Position numbers and translations under genes: made by a program. From Azolla caroliniana (Eukaryota; Plantae; Polypodiophyta), in the NCBI GenBank assembly GCA_043228905.1, contig JBHGNT010000738.1, positions 1-16,552 of the forward strand: 16,552 nucleotides of DNA, in the 5' to 3' direction. Positions within the stretch are counted from its first letter, which is position 1. Every line of letters starts with the position of its first letter. Below, in pieces: positions 9,830 to 16,552 of this stretch. The notes beneath the pieces are model-generated. The model made no database searches. It was not told where the DNA came from and saw nothing but the letters and a program-made list of their open reading frames with translations.

Positions 9830-10673
9830 CTGTGCTACAATGAAAAATAGAATCATATTCCCTTTCATTTTGAAGATGACTATCATTTGAATAATGCAGA
9901 AGCATGAGTTTCGCCTACAGAAGACATTAGAAAGTCTTCCTTTCTTTCCTTCCTGCCATACATTCATGTGTATACATTTCATATTTATTTGTTTGCATGA
10001 ACATTTGTTGATTGCTACAACAGTCAACTCGCCCTACAACATATTCTCTCGATGGAACCCTCCTCAAATGCTATTTTACACCAACTGTGCTTTTTTGGGT
10101 TCACTAGATTGTAGGGAGGTTTGAACATTAACATTCTTTGTATTGACAATTATAAGAATGTCAATTTTCTTTCAGGAAGGTTTTTTTAGTTTTTTACCAA
10201 AAGAATCTTTCTAAACTTGGGGTGCATCATGTTACATAGAAGAAACGAGTAAATAATTTTGCTTATTATGTGGTTTTTTTTTATCTTTGGGATTTTATAG
10301 CCTCATTATTCATATGGTTTTGTATAGTCATTACATACAAAACTGGAAAAGTACAGGCAACTAGTAGATAAGTGCAAATGATTTTAATTGAACTTCAAAC
10401 GACTTTTGGTACGTAGCACTACCGGTACTATCCTATTAGATTAAAAATGTCAACTAAAACATAGATAAAATATAATTGGCATTATTAGTTGGTATACCTA
10501 AAGGAATCAAATGTGAATATTCTTAAGCACATTTCTAGAATCGGTAATTATACAGCATGAGTACACATCTCCAACCGAAATATATACCATATAAACACCT
10601 ATCCTCATCTTTTTGTCATTAATTTCTGTAATCGAGCATCACTAGTCAAAAACTATCGTTCTTGTTAAAATAC

Positions 10674-10743
10674 CTCAATTAATTGCCAATCTCCAGTATC
10701 TCCAAAGGTAGTTTGTGATCTTTTTGCAACATCTGTAAAGACC
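10674..10743 (-). CDS. DUF1350 hydrolase exon 2
   Basis: gtttag|(R)VFTDVAKRSQTTFGDTGDWQLIE|gtattt. Phases match both neighbouring exons. Confidence 0.88.
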
Positions 10744-11106
10744 CTAAACAAAATACAAGAGTTCCCATAGTTAGCCCTTTGGCGAATATATTGTGATCTT
10801 TAATCAAATATATATGCTCTTTGCCAATCAAACAAAGTGTGAAAGTTCTCATATTTAGCTTCATGTTCTTTTGAGAATTTTTGTGTCATAAACAATTTGC
10901 AGGATTTGTAGATGACTCTCAACATTGCAATTTGCCATCAGAGATATATGCAGTATTTCCAAAATTCTATTGGACTCAAAGGAGTACGTTTTTGAAGATA
11001 AACATCACATGAAAATGCACATGAGCTCCACATACACCTCCATCTTCTGGATCCCAAATTCAAAATCAAATTCTTAATTCCTAAACTGGACAGTCTATAC
11101 AACAAG

Positions 11107-11712
11107 ATGAATGAGTTCACTTAGCTTCATTAAGCCTTGCTATGAGAGGAATACCTAGTTCGTAGAAAACACTCTCACATGTTCATATGAAACCCACAAA
11201 AACAATATAGTATCTCACTGAATAACGAGGTGAATTGAGTTCATTAAGTTTAATAAGTGTTGCCTATGAGAATAATACCTAATGGGTGGGAAACATTATC
11301 TCGCTTTTTCATATGAAATAATAAAAAAATGAGCAATTGGCACACGCACGGTTTGAACGTACAAATTCCTATTTGAATATATTTCTTATGAGATTTATCT
11401 AACGATGACCGCCAGAACATTATTCTTGATAATAAAGTTAGAAGCAGGCCGACTAGTTTATGCTATTAAAGAACCTTTTAATGCTAATTCACAGAAAACT
11501 ATATGACGCATACAAAATAACTATATCTCATCGTAATCTAGCACAAATAATATGATCAATGAGTTCATTGAACTTCACAAGTTTTTCCCATGAGAAGAAT
11601 ACCTGATAAGCAAAAACAGGATGTCTCTTGTTCATAACATTATAATTCAGCCTGAATAAAAAGCGTGAATGAATTCATTGCTCTTTGAAAGTCTTGGCAA
11701 TGAGGATACCAC
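11107..11712. repeat. Degenerate ~110-125-bp repeat array (4 clear copies, 1-2 eroded) in DUF1350 intron 1
   Basis: The motif TGARTTCA...ATGAG...ATACC recurs, with ATACC at 11151, 11275, 11599 and 11706 and an eroded copy near 11388-11402. Confidence 0.7.
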
Positions 11713-12155
11713 TACAATCTAACATAGAGTACATGATTTTGAAATGTCAAGTTTGTTTTTTCAATAGAAAATATTCTGGTTTGATGGTAGCTATTCTTTC
11801 CTTTCCAAAGAAACGGATTCTTCAAAGCAACCCATGACATGAGAGTTGACAAACAGAAACACCAAAAAACAATCCGATTAAGTATGAAAATGAGCAAAAC
11901 TTCGTGGAGAACTCGATTCAGAAGGGAAGGAAAATAGATATAGCGTTGGGAACGAAATTTCAGAAATCATGGACAAGCCTGATGTTTAAACAGACGAACT
12001 CGTTTATTTCACATGAGTATGGAAGAAATGTCATAAAAGCTAACAAAATTATACTATTTACACATGAAAGATCGGCCCTTTTCACGTTAAATCGTGGAAA
12101 AGACGAACTGGAAAAGCTGTATGAAACCTGATTTTCCTCACGGTAACTTACGGAC

Positions 12156-12400
12156 CTTTCAATTTGTCCGTAAAGTTGGATACTGCGATCTTTGGCAGAA
12201 TCGTCCATATTGCTGGTTGACTGAGCACGAAGAGGTCGAACCTTGCATGGTTTTGACCATGAGTTTAGCCATGGCAATGGGGGGGGGGAGGATGAAGTCA
12301 GAGAGTGGAGGATGATAGGTGGATAGATTCCGTGGCAAGGTCTGCGGAGAGGAAGCTGAAGCTTATGCAGATGCAGGTAAGTAGAAGAAGAAACAGCCAT
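12156..12400 (-). CDS. DUF1350 hydrolase exon 1 with putative chloroplast transit peptide
   Basis: ATG at 12400 after a purine-rich 5' leader. The MAVSSST... N-terminus is rich in Ser/Pro/Arg and poor in acidic residues. It ends in the conserved IQLYGQIE(R)|gtccgt. Confidence 0.88.
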
Positions 12401-12571
12401 TGTTCTTCTTCTTTTTTGTTTGTTTTTTCTTCTTGTGGGTGGGGTGGGGTTTTTGTTTGTTTCTTCTTCTTCGGCTTGGAAGAGGAAGAAGGAAGAAGAC
12501 GCCAAATTGGAAACAAAAGCTCCCCTCTCTCTGCTCTGCTCTACTCTTTTCCTTCCTTCCTTCCTTCCTTC

Positions 12572-12827
12572 CATAGTATGTAATGTACCATACGTGCATT
12601 CGCGTTTTTTGAGAATGTTTCAAACATCCGAGTACGGTAAAAACCCTCGAAGTATGGTAAATACCATACTTTTGTATTCATTATTCATTATAAGGTCACT
12701 TTTTTAAGGTAAAATGTGTTTTTTTTTTTAAACATACGAATGTTTTGATAACATACTCATTCGTTTTTCGTTCGTGTGGAAAATAAACGAATGTTCGCCA
12801 ATGCATTCGAGCATATTACGTACTATG
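12572..12827. mobile_element. MITE-like non-autonomous DNA transposon (possibly hAT-type), 256 bp
   Basis: Terminal inverted repeat CATAGTATGTAAT (12572-12584) / ATTACGTACTATG (12815-12827), 12 of 13 matching. Internal CGAAT/ATTCG motifs and a perfect 9-bp-stem hairpin at 12650-12671. No clear TSD. Confidence 0.5.
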
Positions 12828-14411
12828 CAAGTTCCTTCATATTTGATAATATGTACTCCACTGCGCGAGCGCCAGGTGCGACCACAACTTACGTGGCAAC
12901 CTCTTATTTGCGGTTGTGACCTGGCCAACTCGATCGGCCCATGTTCATAGCATGTCATCACAATACGAGCATGTCGGGTTTATGGCAACATTTCATCATT
13001 TCAAGCTCGCCATGGTCAATCGGTTGGCTCTCAGAAAGTTTTGTGAGATCCTACGAGCACGGGCTTACCTCTTCTCCAAATCCATCGATGTTTTAACTTT
13101 ACGTTGCAGGATTCCGTTCCCTTTTGTCAATGGCACAGTGGCTCCAATTCCCACTGGAACATGCCATGAACCCCGATGGTACAACACTCCTTAGCCTAAT
13201 GTGGCTTTCTTCAAAGTCGTGAATGATGATGAAGAGAGTTCCCATGGTTTTAGCAAAATTATCTACTCTATGGCCAATCTCTCATCGAGTGAAGCTATGG
13301 CCAAGGCTAACTTCTATAACTTACAAATAAAGTTTCAATCAATTTCCCCTTTTGCGATGAATATTTAGTTGATGTGGCCTATGATAAGCTGGATTAGGAA
13401 AATCACACGATGCTTATGATCTCTATCACACACTTTACAATAGTTCCTTCTCTAGATCATTATTCTTCTTCGATTAAAGCAATATTCTATCCATTAATCT
13501 TTTGAGGAGATGGCAAGTATTTGCGTTCAATTGGCGTCCCGTGTAATTTAGTTGAGCCAAGGCTTTCTAGCAAATTCGACTTCATGTTCTCAAGTTAAGA
13601 TGAATATTGTGAGTTGATGCAATGCTTTAGTGTTTACCATTTTCATTGAGCAAGAACTTTAACTATGTATTTCTTATAATCAATAACCTAGAGATTTTCT
13701 ATTGCACTCTTAGCATACATTAGGGTCATTCACTTCCCCCCCCCCCCCACGATACTTGCAATAGACTATCTGTCATCGAGGAAGACATAGGCACTAGCTT
13801 CCTCAATGTCTTGTTAACGTTGGAAGGCTCTAGTGTTGTAAATGTATTAGTGGCCTAAGAAAACTTGTGAAAACATACAAATTAAGAAAGCAGGAAACAC
13901 TAAGGGCACGAATAATTGGAAGATGATACACTGCGTGTGTAAACTCAAGACACCATTCATTGAGAGTCAACGCAACCCCATGTCGTATTGATGGCATAAA
14001 GTATGGTAGATGGCATACACTCATCTATACTCACTATTTGTGTGTATAGCTCGTGATATATCCTAGGTGTAAGTTATGGATCCTAGGTTGAGCATCGAAG
14101 GGCCTTTACATACAACATACGACATTTGGGTGAAGGTCATGAGAACATATCAATCATTTGGTGCCAAAAACCACATCACCTTATATATTTGGGTGGATAT
14201 CAAGGTGTTGTCATGGGGCGGGCGAGGGGGGGTGGCTTCCATGGGCCAATAATGTGTTGTGGCCATTCTCCAATGGAAGACGAAGGACAAGGTGTTCGGC
14301 CGAGTCAAGGGGGTGGACGAGGGAAGGACTTTGGGACACGAGAAGGCTCATGGGTTTTGGTTGGTCGAGCCATACATAGGCATGGATGACGATGGTATTA
14401 TGGTGTCCATT

Positions 14412-14431
14412 GGGCGGGGTGGGGTGGGGGG
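14412..14431 (+). other. Canonical G-quadruplex-forming motif
   Basis: GGG-C-GGGG-T-GGGG-T-GGGGGG: four G-runs with 1-nt loops. Confidence 0.7.
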
Positions 14432-14513
14432 TGTCCAAAAGGAATCTCGTGTCAACGTGTACGAGACGAGGTTTGAGGTAGTTCTTATTTTTTGGTTAAA
14501 AACAAAGAAGAAA

Positions 14514-14659
14514 CAAGAGAAGAGAAGAGAAGAGAGAAGAGAAGAGAAGAGAGGAGAGGAGAGGAGAGAAGCTATGGCGTCGTGCAGCTTGCATGGGTCA
14601 CTACTACCTCCACCATTTTTGCACAAGAAGCCACCATTTACATACGTATATATTATTCC

Positions 14660-14694
<35 letters not shown>
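14514..14694 (+). repeat. GA-rich simple repeat (14514-14570) and (CT)16 (14663-14694) at the 5' end of the plus-strand gene
   Basis: Directly visible; typical of plant 5' leaders and first introns. Confidence 0.85.
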
Positions 14695-14696
<2 letters not shown>

Positions 14697-14858
14697 CACT
14701 GCGTCGTCTTCCCTTTCCTATGCATCGTCTTTCACATCGAGACAAAAAAACAAACAAACAAACAAAAGAAAAACGAAGAAGATGCTATATTCCTTCTCCG
14801 TCACAGATATGTCGATTTCAATCTTTCCCTTCTTCATGTACTTCTTATGAATCAGAAG
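14574..14858 (+). CDS. Candidate upstream coding exons (14574-14645, 14807-14858) of the plus-strand gene, transit-peptide-like
   Basis: gctATGGCG in good context. Encodes MASCSLHGSLLPPPFLHKKPPFTY|gt ... tcacag|ICRFQSFPSSCTSYESE(G)|gtacca. The link to the downstream exon is unproven and this could be a uORF or UTR. Confidence 0.4.
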
Positions 14859-15533
14859 GTACCATACGACCTGCCCACGCTCATCTTATCTATCCTTCCA
14901 TTTTTCTGTTCTCTGATTGAAGGTTCGAAAAAAAAGACACACTTGATTTTTAGTTCTATTTATTACAGATGAATACAAATATTTAGCTTTGTTTTATTAT
15001 AAGAATATGTGTTTGGTTCTGATGATTGAGGTATGTATACATTGTGTATCTTTTGGCAGATTGAATGATACTAAATTACATGTATTAAACTCTTCTTTTC
15101 CGATAATGCATTGGGTAACAATTCATATATGAATCAATAAAGTAGACGATTTGAGTACACATCTATGATAATCAAGAAAATCTCATCATGTAGGGGCATT
15201 ACTTTTATTTCTCACATCTAATGGATGAAATCAGGTATAATAAATTTATAATCATTAATTAAGCCATTGCGCAGGTGACAATCAATCCACTTCTATTGAT
15301 CTATATGAATTTATATCTATAAATTTATGGCCATTGGATAAGTCATTATGTGTTTTGTACAGGGAGTAACAAATCTATTTCTGTTGCTCCAAAAAGATAT
15401 TGGTTAAGTCATTAACAAGCCATTATACAATTTCTACAGGGATAGGAACAGAATATTGAAAGCACATGTGCTTGACATCGGGCTAGTCTGTTTTGAAGGT
15501 TTTAAGATAAGTTAACATATCAGTGAAAGAAAA

Positions 15534-16262
15534 ATGGGAGATGCTATACCGAAAACATCAAAAATAGTGTTGACGCAAACAGTTGATATCTCACAATGGC
15601 AAGCAACGCTGGCACAGAAAGAATTAACAGGGTCCAGTTCTCTTCACGATGATAGGAATCGTGTCAATGACGTGATCAATAATGGCAACAAACAACCTCA
15701 AGATATGGCATTTAGTAAAAGTAGTAGTGGTAATGGACATAACCATGCCACTTTTGTTCGCGATGATACAGACTTAATTGATTTCTCGGATCCAGACGTT
15801 CTGGATTGGATACAAAAACAAGAAATGACAGGTGGAAACACAGTAGAAAAACTGGAAAAACGACTCAAACAATTAGAATCTTTCAATAACATAGAAATCA
15901 ATGTGCAAGATAGCGTTGCCAACTCAACTCAACCTATCTATAATCAGGATTTCGTCAGTGGAAGACATATTCACTCCATAGCATCATTCTATGATGATAG
16001 TAAAGCTACCAACAACGTCATGTGCAAGACTCCCCTCCACGTCAATGTTAGCGATAGCGGCATTGGAGAAGGAACTAGAAGCAAGTCTTTTAGTGGTAGA
16101 GGAATCGGGAGTGATCAAACAGATGTAGAACTGAATAAACTCAAAACAGAACTGCAAAGACAGGATCTAGAGATACATAAACTCAGGGATGATTTAAAAC
16201 ATCTCAAGTCACTTGAAAATGAAGAGGATAGAAACACAGTTGCAGACAAGTTTGTTGATAAG
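15534..16262 (+). CDS. Uncharacterised protein with disordered region and coiled-coil segments, large exon
   Basis: A 729-nt open frame with natural composition in AT-rich DNA. Heptad-like VEKLEKRLKQLE and ELNKLKTELQRQDLEIHKLRDDLKHLKSLE. Strong donor AAG|gtatgt at 16263. The 5' boundary may be an acceptor at 15523 rather than this ATG. Confidence 0.8.
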
Positions 16263-16358
16263 GTATGTGAAGTTTCGATAGAAAATTTAATTTATTGACA
16301 TTTGTGATTTGATAACATGTTTCATTAGTATATTCTAAGGGTTGATCATATTTCACAG

Positions 16359-16552
16359 GTGAATACAGTCAGGATGCCCTCTATAATTTCTGGATATGAA
16401 AGACACCACGATGTTTCTCCATCCAAGCCAGACTCAAATCATGGCTTTAATACACACAGAGTTTTAAGTGAGAGCTTCAATGGAACCCTATATAGATGTG
16501 GAGATAATCAAGACGGCCAAGAGTCAAGTTATGGATCACCTAAGCGTGACTT
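16359..16552 (+). CDS. Next exon of the uncharacterised coiled-coil protein (runs off window edge)
   Basis: Acceptor tttcacag| at 16357-16358. The phase-0 frame stays open to the end: VNTVRMPSIISGYERHHDVSPSKPDSNHGFNTHRVLSESFNGTLYRCGDNQDGQESSYGSPKRD. Confidence 0.75.
   Translation, partial: MNTVRMPSIISGYERHHDVSPSKPDSNHGFNTHRVLSESFNGTLYRCGDNQDGQESSYGSPKRD

Larger units (their letters stand above)
5897..12400 (-). other. Gene span: DUF1350 family alpha/beta-hydrolase, probably plastid-targeted (At5g47860-like), 10 coding exons, 440 aa
   Basis: Exons 12400-12156, 10743-10674, 9829-9705, 9605-9494, 9316-9253, 8418-8363, 7416-7309, 7222-7076, 6420-6250, 6121-5897. All introns are GT-AG with consistent phases and the total is 1323 nt. 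Motifs HFVGGVFVGAAPQLTYRLFLERL, GHSMG, DEIDET and PGDH are recognised from DUF1350 proteins. Confidence 0.93.

Noticed and set aside
4511-11330. Common origin of the 124-bp array and the intron 1 repeat (same spacing)
   Set aside because: The unit sequences do not align convincingly by eye.
11960-12574. 204-aa ORF as a single-exon gene
   Set aside because: Only 12400-12156 is coding. The rest is a simple-repeat leader and intron read-through.
2183-12671. Shared TGGT-loop-ACCA core in hairpins of the LTR repeat, the 124-bp array and the MITE
   Set aside because: Only 4 bp are shared, with different loops and flanks, so this is most likely coincidence.
14259-14972. 237-aa ORF and overlapping ORFs
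   Set aside because: They are held open by GA/CT microsatellites and give low-complexity translations. At most short parts are real exons.

Overview
This is eukaryotic, AT-rich, intron-containing land-plant genomic DNA; the style of the copia gag relic suggests a fern, which is inference only. It is not prokaryotic, and most ORFs in the track are spurious. Three spliced genes are visible. (1) The 5' part of a minus-strand sacsin/NO VEIN-like GHKL (HATPase) gene runs off the left edge and has an apparent frameshift in its first coding exon. (2) A complete 10-exon minus-strand DUF1350 alpha/beta-hydrolase gene (CDS 12400->5897, 1323 nt, 440 aa) resembles Arabidopsis At5g47860 and is probably plastid-targeted. 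(3) The 5' part of a divergent plus-strand gene for an uncharacterised coiled-coil protein runs off the right edge. Non-genic features are a truncated Ty1/copia relic (LTR with a 3x32-bp hairpin array, PBS, gag fragment), a young 3x124-bp tandem array between ~35-bp direct repeats, a MITE-like element at the DUF1350 promoter, degenerate intronic repeats, microsatellites and a G-quadruplex motif. I found no convincing new multi-gene system. The most curious items are the degenerate intronic repeat with recurring AG|GT junctions and a conserved hairpin, the frameshift, and the splice-site oddities.
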